Positions 1 to 11,430 of a DNA stretch of 64,000 nucleotides are shown here, one piece after another (positions within the stretch are counted from its first letter, which is position 1; the number at the start of each line of letters is the position of its first letter). The notes under the pieces were generated by a model. That model was not told where the DNA came from. It ran no database searches and saw only the letters and a program-made list of their open reading frames with translations. The DNA is from Octopus sinensis (lineage: Eukaryota): contig NC_043014.1 in NCBI RefSeq assembly GCF_006345805.1, positions 25,048,001 through 25,112,000 of the forward strand. Direction: 5' to 3'. Position numbers and translations under genes: made by a program.

Positions 1-575
1 TTTTCTAATGTGCCACCGGCACTGGTACCACAAGGATACAAATTCCATTGATGTTCATCTATTTTGATTTGGTTTGACTTGATTCGATTTGACTTTGATT
101 TGACTTGCCTCAACAGGTCTTCACAAGTGTCACAAGCAGGAAGGTATGCACAGGCGGACTGACTACGTCCCAGGTAGGGGCCACGGGTTATGGCTTCACT
201 AGTCTTGCCGGGTCTTCTGACGCACAGCATACTTCCATAGGTCTCGGTCTCTGGTCATTTCCATGGTGAGACCTAATGTTCGAAGGTCGTGCTTCACCAC
301 CTCGTCCCAGGTTTTCCTGGGTCTACCTCTTCCACGGGTTCCCTCAACTGCTAGGGATTGGCACTTTCTCACACACCTATCTTCATCCATTCTCGCCACA
401 TGACCATACCATCGCAATCGTCTCTCTTGCACGCAACAACTGATGCTTCTTAGGTACAACATTTCTCTTAGGGAACTAACACTCTGTCGAGTAAGTACAC
501 TGACATTACACATCCATCGGAGCATACTGGCTTCATTCCTCATGAGCTTACGCATGTCCTCAGCAGTCACGGCAC
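1..575 (-). mobile_element. RTE-clade LINE 3' fragment (ORF C-terminus plus part of 3' UTR)
   Basis: ORF 199..672 contains RRLRWYGHVARM...GTRGRGRPRKTW, the typical RTE C-terminus; closely similar to 2891..3472; 5'-truncated at a microsatellite. Confidence 0.92.
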
Positions 576-1050
576 ATATAACTTTACTTATACATATATA
601 CAAGTACACACAATCATATAGACACTTACACACACTCACAAATATACGTATAATCTTAAAGTATACACACATGTATGCTTATCCATCTCTACACATATAT
701 ATATATGACACTATTTTCAAGGACAATGGTTAAAATTCAAATTTGCTTTATTTTATTCTTTTCATTCTTAAAAAAATTTTTTTTTTACACGCATACATAT
801 ACAATAAATACATATATCTACACATGCTCATATGTGCATACATGTACATACTCATACACTAACATACACAACACATACGCACATGTACACACATACATAC
901 GTACATATGTATCAAACTATGTACGTTCATACGGTTATATACATTTCAACATGTATGTATGGATTTCCACATGTAAATGAGAGAGAGGGGTGGCTATAGA
1001 AGGTTGTATACACACACATATACATGTATATAGACACACACACATGTGTG
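576..1050. repeat. degenerate (TA)n/(CA)n microsatellite
   Basis: direct reading. Confidence 0.85.
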
Positions 1051-1064
1051 TGCATTTGTCCCTC

Positions 1065-2340
1065 TCACCACCGTCTAACAGTAACCTGGATGTTACCCCA
1101 TTCGGATTTATGGTTGAGAGTGGGTTTGTATTCTTGTATACAGACAGCTTCAGTGACTTGTCTCAGCATTGGATCAGTGGATTAGATGTTTAACTTTAGT
1201 CTCCCTAAGGAGCCCTTGTGACAGTCTACAGCATGCTGATAGAAGATGGAGTCTGGTTTCTTTTCAATGTAGTTGTCTAGGTGTTCTTTGAACCTCTCAT
1301 TGATACTCCTAGAAGTCTCATCAATGTATGACTCTGGGTTAGCTGTGCAAGCTCCTTCTTGGCACTTAATCTGGTATACAGTGCTCTTGGTTTTGCAGTT
1401 CACATGTGGGTTTGTAGAACATACTGCACAATTATTTTGACACGTGATTCAATCAAATGGATATGATCTACATAATACAGATTTGATAGTCCTACCTGTC
1501 TTTTCTACAACTTTGATGTTAAGGCCAGTTGTGCGCAGGATTTTCTTGAATGCCTTACTTAATTCGTTCTTAGGTGTCGCGTCAACAAACATTACACTGT
1601 GAAATTTCTTGTTATCATACCAACTATTGTTTTTATTTCTTTTGTTCGTGTCCCTCTCTAACCTATTCCAGAACTTGTTGCGATATAGGAGGCAACTATA
1701 TCTTTTAGAATGCATTTGAATCTTGTTTTCACTCCTTTATACACTCTGATTCTATCATACTGTGTGTATCCAGAATGTTGCATTCAGAATATGTAGTGCT
1801 GGATGTGTGGTTGGCATAGTGGGGATACATCCTCATTACTCTAACTCTGCCATGAGGATGTTGATCTTTGTAGTACTCAACATCACTGAGTCACTACGGA
1901 TTACCAGTGGATTAGCCATAGGTTAACAAAAGTGTGAGTGGAGTAAACAGGGTTTAACATTTCTGTTAACCATAGTCTTTTCTATCCACAGCTCAGTATC
2001 TAGGACAGGTAATCTATTACTGGGTTGTTTAGAGGGATAGTCTATGGTAACCTTTATACTGCTATGGATAGAGTCAGCTATGTGTTGTATAGCTGTCATC
2101 ACCTGTTCTTCATTTAATAGAGTGTCTATATCTGTATTACTATTACATTTCATGACAAGGTTAATGTCATCAACGTATTGAGAGTACATAGCTAAGTGGA
2201 TGTTATGGGTCGCTAGGCACTGTTTAAAATATCTGTTCCACCATACCATGAAGAGGTTAGAAACATCACCGGTGATCCCTACTCCAATAGCACCGCTTTT
2301 CATCTGTTTATATAGTTTATTGTTAAACTTAAACTTGTAT
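1065..2340 (-). mobile_element. Penelope-like retroelement remnant (RT C-terminal half plus GIY-YIG endonuclease), with stops and frameshifts
   Basis: RT motifs GAIGVGITGDVSNLFMVWW...YVDDIN...RLPVLD (1923..2340); linker SVMFVDATP...IKVVEKTG; EN CAVC...VYQIKC...YIDETSRSINERFKEH...RQVTEAVCI...LNHKSEW; possibly Naiad-type (clade uncertain). Confidence 0.88.
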
Positions 2341-2360
2341 ATGTATATATATATATATAT

Positions 2361-3900
2361 ATCATCATCATCATCATCATCATCGTTTAGCGTCCACTTT
2401 CCATGCTGGCATGGGTTGGACAGTTCAACTGGGGTCTGGGAAGCCAGAAGGCTGCACCAGGCCCAGTCTGATCTGGCAATGTTTCTACAGCTGGATGCCC
2501 TTCCTAACGCCAATCACTCCATGAGTGTAGTGGGTGCTTTTTACATGTCACCGGCACAGGTGCCAGACGAGGCTGGTAAACGGCCATGATCGGATGGTGC
2601 TTTTTACATGCCACCGGCACGGAGGCCAGGTGGGGCTGGCAACGGCCATGATTGGATGGTGCTTTTTACGTGCCACCGGCACGGAGGCAAGTCAAGGCGG
2701 TGCTGGCAACGGTCACGTTCAGATGGTTCTCTTATATGCCACTGGCACGGGTATCACAGCTACAATTTCCATTGATGTTGATCGATTTTGATTTTGATTT
2801 TCACTTGCCTCAACAGGTCTTCACAAGTAGAGTTTTGTGTCCCAAGAAGGAAAGGTATGCATAAGTGGACTGAGGCCATGGGTTATGGTCTCACTTGTCC
2901 TGCCGGGTCTTCTCACGCACAGCATACTTCCAAACATCTCGGTCTCTAGTCATTTCCTCGTTGAGACCTAAAGTTTGAAGGTAGTGCTTCACCACCTCGT
3001 CCCAGGTTTTCCTGGGTCTGCCTCTTCCACAGGTTCCCTCAACCGCTAGGGTGTGGCACTTTTTCACACAACTATCTTCATCTATTCTCACCACATGACC
3101 ATACCAGCGCAAACGTCTCTCTTGCACACCACAACTGATGCTTCTTAGGTCCAACTTTTCTCTCAAGGTACTTACACTCTGTCGAGTATGAACACTGATA
3201 TTACACATCCATTGGAGCATACTGGTTTCATTTCTTGGGAGCTTACGCATATCCTCAGCAGTCACGGCCCATGTTTCACTGCCATGTAACATGGCTGTTC
3301 GTACACATGCGTCATACAGTCTGCCTTTTACTCTGAGCGAGAGACCTTTTGCCCCTAGCAGAGGTAAGAGCTCTCTGAACTTTGCCCAGGCTATTCTTAC
3401 TCTAGCAGTTACACTTTCAACACACCTGCCCCCGGTACTGACTTGGTCACCTAGGTAACGGAACCTATACACTATTTCTAGTTTTTCTCCCTGGAAGTTG
3501 GTCTCAGAACATTTTCAGTGTTTATTGCTCCTGAGCATCTGCCACATACAAAAACTATCTTCCTAGTTAACCTTCCTTTGACATTGCTGCACCCCTTATG
3601 TGTCCATAGCTTACACTTGGTGCATCTTATAGAGTTTCTACCTACGCCTTTTCTACAGATCAAACAGGGCCATCTACTTGAAGGCTTAGCTAGGTTGACT
3701 TTCAATTCTAATCCTTGCTTCCACACCTGAAACTTCTCCCCCAGTGACTCAGTGACTCAGCAATTAGAGCAAGGTCATCAGCATAGAGGAGCTCCCAGGG
3801 GCATCCTGTCTTGAATTCCTCCATTATTGCCTGGAGGACTATAATAAATAGGAGGGGGCTGAATACTGAACCTTGGTTGACGCCTACCTCTACCTGGAAT
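2361..3900 (-). mobile_element. 5'-truncated RTE LINE with (GAT)n tail
   Basis: RT QGSVFSPLLF...YADD (3708..3900), PHD-like Cys cluster (3478..3726), C-terminus 2891..3472, 3' UTR with hairpin repeats, tail seen as (CAT)n at 2361-2383. Confidence 0.93.
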
Positions 3901-4117
3901 ATACATATATATATATGTATGTATATATGTGTATGTATGTACATATATATATTTATGTATATATATATATATATTTATGTATAGGTATATATATGCATGT
4001 ACATATATATATCAATAATAAAGTGATTGTTTCTTATCTGGAACAAAATGTTTAATAGGACTGCTATAGAAGTGCTCAATTAAATGAGACAAATGTATTA
4101 AACTATGGTTGCAGAAC

Positions 4118-4816
4118 AAACAAATATAAGGTCATCCACATAACATTTCATATCTCGAACATTTAATCACATAATGCTTTTTCTTTCACATAGAATATAC
4201 ATGTATAAAATCACGGAAGATGAAACACAATTCATCAATACAAGTATATAAGAAAAATGTGTGAATACAGTCCATCGCGGTTAAAAGTTAATGATTAATA
4301 CTTTAGCTACTAAAAAAAAAATATTTTTTAACATTACATCTAGAATAATAAATACATAAAAATATAAAGAATATGGTTTCTTCTTTTTTGCTTGGACACT
4401 GGCTTTTAACAATAGGTTTCCCTTATCTTGAAAAGTAATTTTTAATCGAAAAAATTTCTAAACAATGAATTTTTATCTTACCTTATATATTATTTATTTA
4501 TATGTTTCCTATATATATGTATTTTTATATCTTTTTATATATCTATATATTTATATTTTTATGTATTTATTATTCTAGATGTTGTAATGTTAAAAAATAT
4601 ATATTTTTTTTAGTCGCTAAAGTATTAATCATTAACTTTTAACCGCGATGGACTGTATTCACACATTTTTCTTATATTTTTCTTATATGCTTGTATTGAT
4701 GAGTTGTGTTTCATCTTCCATGATTTTATGCATGTATATTCTATGTGAAAGAAAAAGCATTATGTGATTAAATGTTCGAGATATAAAATATTACGTGGAT
4801 GACCTTATATTTGTTT
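4118..4816. repeat. long inverted repeat, arms ~4118-4368 and ~4550-4816
   Basis: e.g. tataaggtcatccac...cagtccatcgcggttaaaag in the left arm and its reverse complement cttttaaccgcgatggactg...gtggatgaccttata in the right arm. Confidence 0.9.
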
Positions 4817-4847
4817 TATATATATATATTTATGTATATGTATATAT

Positions 4848-4985
4848 GGGCGCAGGTGTGCCTGTGTGGTAAGGAGCTTATTTCCTAACCATATGATTCC
4901 AGGTTCAGTCACACTACATGGCACCTTGAGCTAGTGTCTTCTACTATAGCCTTGGTCTGACCAAAGCCTTGTGAGTGGATTCTTT
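4848..4985 (+). mobile_element. tRNA-derived SINE (family A)
   Basis: A-box-like gtgtggtaagg and B-box-like ggttcagtc; body shared with the minus-strand copy at 45028-45190. Confidence 0.8.
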
Positions 4986-5159
4986 TCAGATCCCATCAAA
5001 TATATATATATATATATGCTATTGGTCTCTTTTGCCAATAAAATAAGTACTGGGCTTACAAAGAAGAAGTCCTGGCATCAGTTTCTTTGACTAAAGGCAC
5101 AGTCAAATGACTGAAACAAATAAACGAATGTATATATGTGTATTTATATATATATAAAT

Positions 5160-5388
5160 ATAAGGTGATGTTATGTTGCCAAATTAATGTGGCAGTCCCA
5201 TGAAAGAGAAGAATGCTACTGCTATTTAGCCCTAGGATATACTGTTTCATGTTGGCCTTGATACATTTCCTGTGTCCTTATATTTTCAAAGGGGAGATAA
5301 GCACCTCCTCTCAGCAAAACCAGCATTCAGAGACTAGTTTCAGAGACATTACTCATCATCAGTCTGGAGTAGCATGGCTTGCTAGCTG
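5160..5388 (-). repeat. partial ~345-bp hammerhead-containing repeat unit (retrozyme-like), left flank of the Tx1 LINE
   Basis: homologous to 10570-10793 and to the inverted copy in 10807-11250. Confidence 0.88.
5325..5368 (-). ncRNA. minimal type I hammerhead ribozyme, GUC cleavage triplet
   Basis: minus strand tccaga-CTGATGA-tgagtaatgtctct-GAAAC-TA-GTC-tctgaa; palindromic stem III ACTAGT. Confidence 0.8.
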
Positions 5389-5390
5389 AA

Positions 5391-8300
5391 TTTTTTGTTA
5401 AGACAATAAATGTCACACATAGATGGTACAGCACAGGACAACACATGCCAAAAAGTTAATATGAGTTCAAATGATCCTTATTTAAAAATTTTAATGAAAT
5501 GATTAATTTTAATATATAGCCTTTTTCCTTTTGGGGAGAGGTTTATGCCTGGTTACCTCAAAGGCCCAGCAACTACTCCTTTCCTTTTTTTTCCAATGCA
5601 GATTAAGTAGGGTTACTTGCACCTACATTTCTTAACACAGACTTCCATCTTTCCTCAAACACACTTCACGACAGGATCCTCCTCTCCAGCCCTATCTTGC
5701 TCTTCAGATGATATCTGAAGAATTGTAGCAAACCAGGGCCAGAGATGAAGGATCCTGTCATGAGTCCTTGCATTCTAGTCTTCCACACACATTCTTTCAG
5801 CACAACAACTGTACAGAAAAGACATACCTCACCTTCCTTCAAGAGTCCAGTTGGTAATACAATCTATATTATAGATTTCACCAATAGCTGTACTCTTCCC
5901 AAAAATGTGCTGGATGGTTTCATCGTCCAGCCCACATCTTGGACACGTTATTGGCACTGACATTCTGTGTCTGGATAACTTATCATGAACAGGTAAAGCA
6001 TTCCTGTAGCACTGCCAGGCCAGAGATTTTTGGTAAATATCCAATTACCCTGGTCCGAAAGTTTTTTCAAACAGGTTGGTAAGTTGGTTCTCATCGAACC
6101 CCAGAGCCCTTCCTAGGGCGCCATCGTTTTTGTACTCTACCAGCCTTCTTTACAAAACTAAGGTGATATTCCCACTGCCGGCATTGCCCATCTTGTGGAT
6201 AAGCATGAGTGCCTGTCAACACTCCTTTTGCTATTCAGTCAGATTACATCTTTTAATGAAACTAGGTTTAAATTGCTTCAAAGAGGCTCGTCGTGGAAAG
6301 AATTCCTCTGCCAGCAGATTCCACACCTTATCACCCTCCAGGTAATGCAAGAGATACCTCAGCCTCAACGCATGCCTGCACATCATTAACCAGAGCATCC
6401 CTAAACCACTCTTTAATGGTTCCTGGCAGCAAATGGAGCACCTCACAAGTGGCTTTCCTCCCTTCCACAAAAAGCAGAAAAGGAGGCACTCCAACTTGTT
6501 TATCCACAAATTGGGGCAAGGGACAACAGTCAGGTACTAGGTGATGACATGCAATAAACATCTGTACCACCTCTGCCCTTCCTTTCAAGGACACAGCCCT
6601 TTGTTCCAAGTCCGTACTAGAGTCTCTACCTTGTCTGCCACCTGTTCCAATTCTTCTCCAACTGGGAGTCTGGTCCAAACCAAACTCCAAGCAACTTAAC
6701 TGGACCATCTGTCCAGTGACTCATGACACTGGATGATATCGACTTGCTCCTCCAGGTGCCGAGGCACAAGCTAATGGACTTGTCCTTGTTAACATTTGCC
6801 CCTACCACTGCCTCGTATCCTTTGATAGCACCCTTTACTCAAGGTAACTGCACTTCATTGGACACGATGAAGGTGATGTCATCCGCATAAGCAGAAACAG
6901 ACTTACCGCATCTGATTTCATTAGGATTGCCTCTCAACTTCTCCAACTTCCGCAGCAATGGCTCAAGAGCCAAAATGTACAGAAGTGGAGACAGGCAACA
7001 CCCTTGACAAACTGAGTGCTTGATTGAAAACAGCTCTGATAGATAAACGGTTGTTTATCTGGATGGTGGATTTGATGTCGCTGTACATGCCGGAGATCCA
7101 CCTATGGATGTCCAGGCCCAGCCCAGCCACTTTGAGGACCACTGCCAGTTACTGGTGGTTTACCCTATCAAATGCTTTACTTTGGGCTAAATGGACCATT
7201 GCCTCACCTTTACTGGATAATTTACCAACCCTGTCTAAGGTGTAGCATATAAGGTAAAGATTGTCCTGGATCAACCTGCCTGGGATGGCACATGTCTGTG
7301 CCTTTCCTACAAGTTTCTCCACGACAGCTGTCAACCTTTTGGCAAACACCTTGGCCAAAAGCTTTAACTCTACATTAAGTAGAGTTATGGGCCTATAATT
7401 ACTATTATACCCCTTTCTTGGATCCTTCTGGATCAATGTCACCACTCACAGAGCTGGGAATCCTCCCATTCCATTGCTAGTTTGTGTAGACGCTGGCCAG
7501 CAGGTCCCCAAACAAGTCCGGCATGCTACGATAAAACTCATAGAGTAGATCATCCAGCCCTGGCACACTTGGCCAACACCTCTTTTACTTCCGCAGGAGT
7601 AATCGGTCCTTCACAGCACTTCGCCTCCTGTGCCAAGAGTCATGGCCCACCAGCTAGAAAGTCCTTTAAGGGCTCCCCAAGCTCAAGTGCTCTGCTTTAC
7701 CCAAACAACCGGGTGAAATGCTGGTGAAAGGCCCTTTGCATCATTTCCTGTCCATAGATCTTGCACCTCTGTTTGTCAGTTAAAAACTTTATAGAGGCTT
7801 TTTCGCCCTTATAACTCTCCACACAACTTGCCCATCCAGCAATGTTAACACTTCCTCAACCCTGCATGTAACTTAGCTCTAACTGTGCTACCTTCATGTT
7901 TGGCTTTGAGGTGACGGTACAAGGTCATTGTCGCTGCCTGCACTCTTGAAGCAGAGCCAGAGTCCATAGCCTCATCTAAATTCTTAACTAATTCCCCTTC
8001 TCTTCTAGATCTATCCAAACTTAGCTGATTGCTAAATCTAATAGGCTCTAAACGAATGGCTCTCTTGGAGGCATGCTACCATCTATTATTAATGATGGTG
8101 TCACATAGTGCCCTCTGTACTAACTCCTTAATCCGGGCACGGAAGACTTTACAAGTCAAAATAAACTTGTTCATCTCCAAGTACCCAGGTCCCTGTCTTT
8201 GACATTTATCTGCGTACCTCACACATCACAAATTTGTGGTCCATGTAAGGTACAATAAAAAATCATGGACATCTAAATGTATCCCTATCTCTAACAAATA

Positions 8301-10434
8301 CCCTATCTATAGAAGATCTGTGAAGCCGTCGTTATTACTCCACGTCCACTGTGGAATGCTTGGTTCATCCAGTCTATAACGGTCTACTAGATTATAGCTC
8401 TCTAGTAGTCTTTGAGGCCAGGATTTCCTTTCCTATCAGTTGAGCCAACACCATCCACCCGTGCATCAAGGATAGTATTAAAGTCTTCTAACAGAACTAC
8501 TGTTTTTGACATCACTAGAAACTGCTCCAGGTCTCAAAAAAAACCAGACTGCCCACACTCGTTAGGAGCATAGACAGCTACCAACCTGATGGACTGTTTA
8601 ATCTTGTGGGTCACATCCAGGATGACCAGCCTACCTTCTGGATCCAGAAAGACAGTACTAACTTGTACATCCAAGTTCTTCCTGAATAAGACCACCACAC
8701 CCCCTCCTCCTTGTCAGCTAGGAGCAATAAATTTTTCATAGCCATTCAAGAGAGGCAAGAACGCTTGTGGTCCACTCATTTTGGACTCAGTTACGATGCA
8801 CACATCTATATCATGTAACCTGAGGTCATCCAAGAAACAAGTTTGTTTCCATTACGACCCCAGACTGCACACATTCATGCACCCTAACTTAATCGACATG
8901 GTATAAAAATTTTAAAGGGGTACTTACAATTTAAGTTGGGGGAGGGGCTGCACAAATCCGCCTACCTCCCCATCTTTCTCTTTAGATGGTGTAGCTGCTG
9001 GGCTTTTTCTAGGTGTGGCAGCTGGACTTACAATAAGCCTCCCCTCTGTCACATCAGAGCTAACATCTCTTATATCCTCATGATAGTGAGATTTCAGCTC
9101 TGGAAAAAGGGTTCTCTCCATTTTAGCAAATCTTACATCTTTTGGTTTGTCTTTATTTTGTTTATAAGTTCTCACCATGTGATGGTGTTTGATCACTTTT
9201 GCTAATGGTTCATTATTTTCCTTGAACATCACAATTTTTCTTGTATTTTGGGGAGGAGTTTGGCAAATGGGGTTGGATTGGGGAATTTGGTTTTGTGTGT
9301 TTGCTGTCATTTTTGTTGATTTTTTTTTTGTTTGGGGAGGGAGTTGCAAATGTGTATTTTTTCTTCTCTTATGGGTGACTGTGGGGAGGTCCATTTCTTC
9401 GTTGTCTTTACTCGTGTCTGCTTTAGTTTCTACTTCATCTTTCTTTTTTTGCATTTTACTCTTTGTTGTTCACTTCCTTTGTCATGTTCTTTTCCTTCTT
9501 CCCGTTTGCAGCTTTTTGGGGAGGGGCCTCACCATCTTTTTTTTGGCGCATTTGGAACGGATGTAGCCTTCTCTCCACATTTGAAGCATCTGAGCCTATG
9601 TCCTTCTACCAACATATGAATTGTATGCCCCTCCCCTACAACACCCTATCAGGTAAATTTTGGCCGCTTGAATGACCATTTCCAAGGATTGTCCTCACCA
9701 GTTTACCACATCTTTTTTCCTCATTTGTAGGATTGAAATTTCTTCCTCCACATCGTACACTACTGCAGCTACTACCCACTTTAACTCATACCCTACCGAG
9801 ATCTCTTCCACTGTCACTTTTGTGGTCCTGCGACCCAAGTCAGTGGGCAGCAGCATTATCTCTTCATTCTTCAACGTTTGTGTTGATACCTCCTTGGCTA
9901 TGCTAGCCAACTCGAAATGTGACTCAATTGGGGCACTTCTTGCTCCTCAGCTAACGTAGCGTACTTTATTCCAGATAGGTGCCATACATTTTTTTACTGC
10001 TTCATTTTTTTACATCCATTATACACTTTTCTTTGATGTTATAGGCTTTGTACCCAACTGTTTTCACATTAATGGCTTGTACTGTCTCAAGGGGTGGCAA
10101 CAACTTGGTCTCCACTCCACTTTTTTTAATTAGATTTCTAAGCTTGAAAAGCTGGTCCATTGTTACTTCAAGTTCTGTAGCATTGCCGCCCATGCGGTTG
10201 AAAAACTCTGTTTTTCCTTTGTATCCTGCTGGTTCACAGTTGCATTTCCTTTTCCTATCTCAGGAAAATCCTTTTTCTGCCCCGTAGGGTGAAAATTACA
10301 GTTTGTCAAAAGACAACAGTTCAAATTCGGGTAAGGTATATAACAAATAGCACAAATGTACAAGAAACAGATAGAAACGAACTCACATAACGCAGGATAG
10401 CAAAATGAAAATAACGTGTCACAGACGAAGAAAG
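5391..10434 (-). mobile_element. near full-length L1/Tx1-clade LINE, inactivated by many stops and frameshifts; 15-bp TSD gcatggcttgctagc (5372-5386 and 10435-10449)
   Basis: ORF1 with CCHC-type knuckle CFKCGEKGYIRSKC (~9545-9590); ORF2 from ATG ~8899 with APE endonuclease, RT (YRPITLLNVELKLLAKV, KAFDRVNH, YADD ~6880) and C-terminal CPRCGLDDETIQHIF; short A-tail at 5391-5396. Confidence 0.9.
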
Positions 10435-10734
10435 GCATGGCTTGCTAGCAGTCGATGCTCATTCGCCTTTGAAAACAAATATATTTCAAATGAAATACCT
10501 TCACTCATTTCAAAAATAGAAATATTGCATTTCTAAATCCCTCAGAGATATTTATACAGTAGCAGCATGATAAGGTGATGTTATGTTGCCAACTTAATGT
10601 GGCAGTCCCATGAAAGGGAAGAATGCTACTGCTATTTAGCCCTAGGAAACACCGTTTCCATTTGGTCATGACACATCTGTGTCTTTAGGTTTTCAAAGGG
10701 GGAGATAAGCACCTCCACCCAGCAAAGCCAGCAC

Positions 10735-10776
10735 CCAGAAACTAGTTTCAGAATCATTGCTCATCATCAGTCTGGA
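10735..10776 (-). ncRNA. minimal type I hammerhead ribozyme, GUU triplet
   Basis: minus strand ccaga-CTGATGA-tgagcaatgattct-GAAAC-TA-GTT-tctgg. Confidence 0.75.
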
Positions 10777-11000
10777 GTAGCATGGCTTGCTAAGTGTTCA
10801 TGCTCATAGCATTCTTCCCTTTCATGGGACTGCCACATTAAGTTGGAAAAATAACATTACCTTGTACTGCTACAGTATAAATCTCTCTGAGAGATTTAGA
10901 AATGCAATATTTCTATTTTTGAAATCAGTGAATGTATTTCACTTGAAATATATTTGTTTTCAAAGGTGAATGAGCATCTACAGCTAGCAAGCCATGCTAC

Positions 11001-11043
11001 TCCAGACTGATGATGAGCAATGACTCTGAAACTAGTTTCTGGA
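11001..11043 (+). ncRNA. minimal type I hammerhead ribozyme, GUU triplet
   Basis: tccaga-CTGATGA-tgagcaatgactct-GAAAC-TA-GTT-tctgga; stem I 6 bp, stem II gag/ctc. Confidence 0.78.
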
Positions 11044-11430
11044 TGCTGGCTTTGCTGGTTGGAGGTGCTTATATCCCCCTGTGAAAACACAAGGACATAG
11101 AAAATGTGTTCATGGCCAACTGGAAACAGTGTTTCCTGGGGCTAAATAGCAGTAGCATTCTTCCCTTTCATGGGACTGCCACATTAAGTTGGCAACATAA
11201 CATCACCTTATCGTACTGCTACTGTATAAATTCTCTGAGAGATTTAGAAATGCATTTCCTTCTTTCCTGAGCGTCCAATAATACTATATTTGTTACACGT
11301 CCTCGCGTTGTTGTGTTTTTTTTGTGCTTTCTTGTTTGGATTAACTTCATATATATATATATATATATATTGGTAAATATATCTGTTAAATTGAAATGTC
11401 AGTGTTATTTTCATTTTTGTGTAATTTAGA

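Larger units (their letters stand above)
10435..11252. repeat. ~345-bp hammerhead-containing tandem repeat (retrozyme-like): one unit at 10435-10793, then ~1.3 inverted units at 10807-11252
   Basis: gcatggcttgc at 10435 and 10780; tagcattcttccc at 10807 and 11153. Confidence 0.88.

Noticed and set aside
1449-1451. In-frame TGA in the PLE as selenocysteine (some Naiad PLEs encode Sec)
   Set aside because: Not at an obvious Cys position (PFD*ITC), likely CGA-to-TGA decay; the element has other stops and frameshifts and no SECIS was recognised
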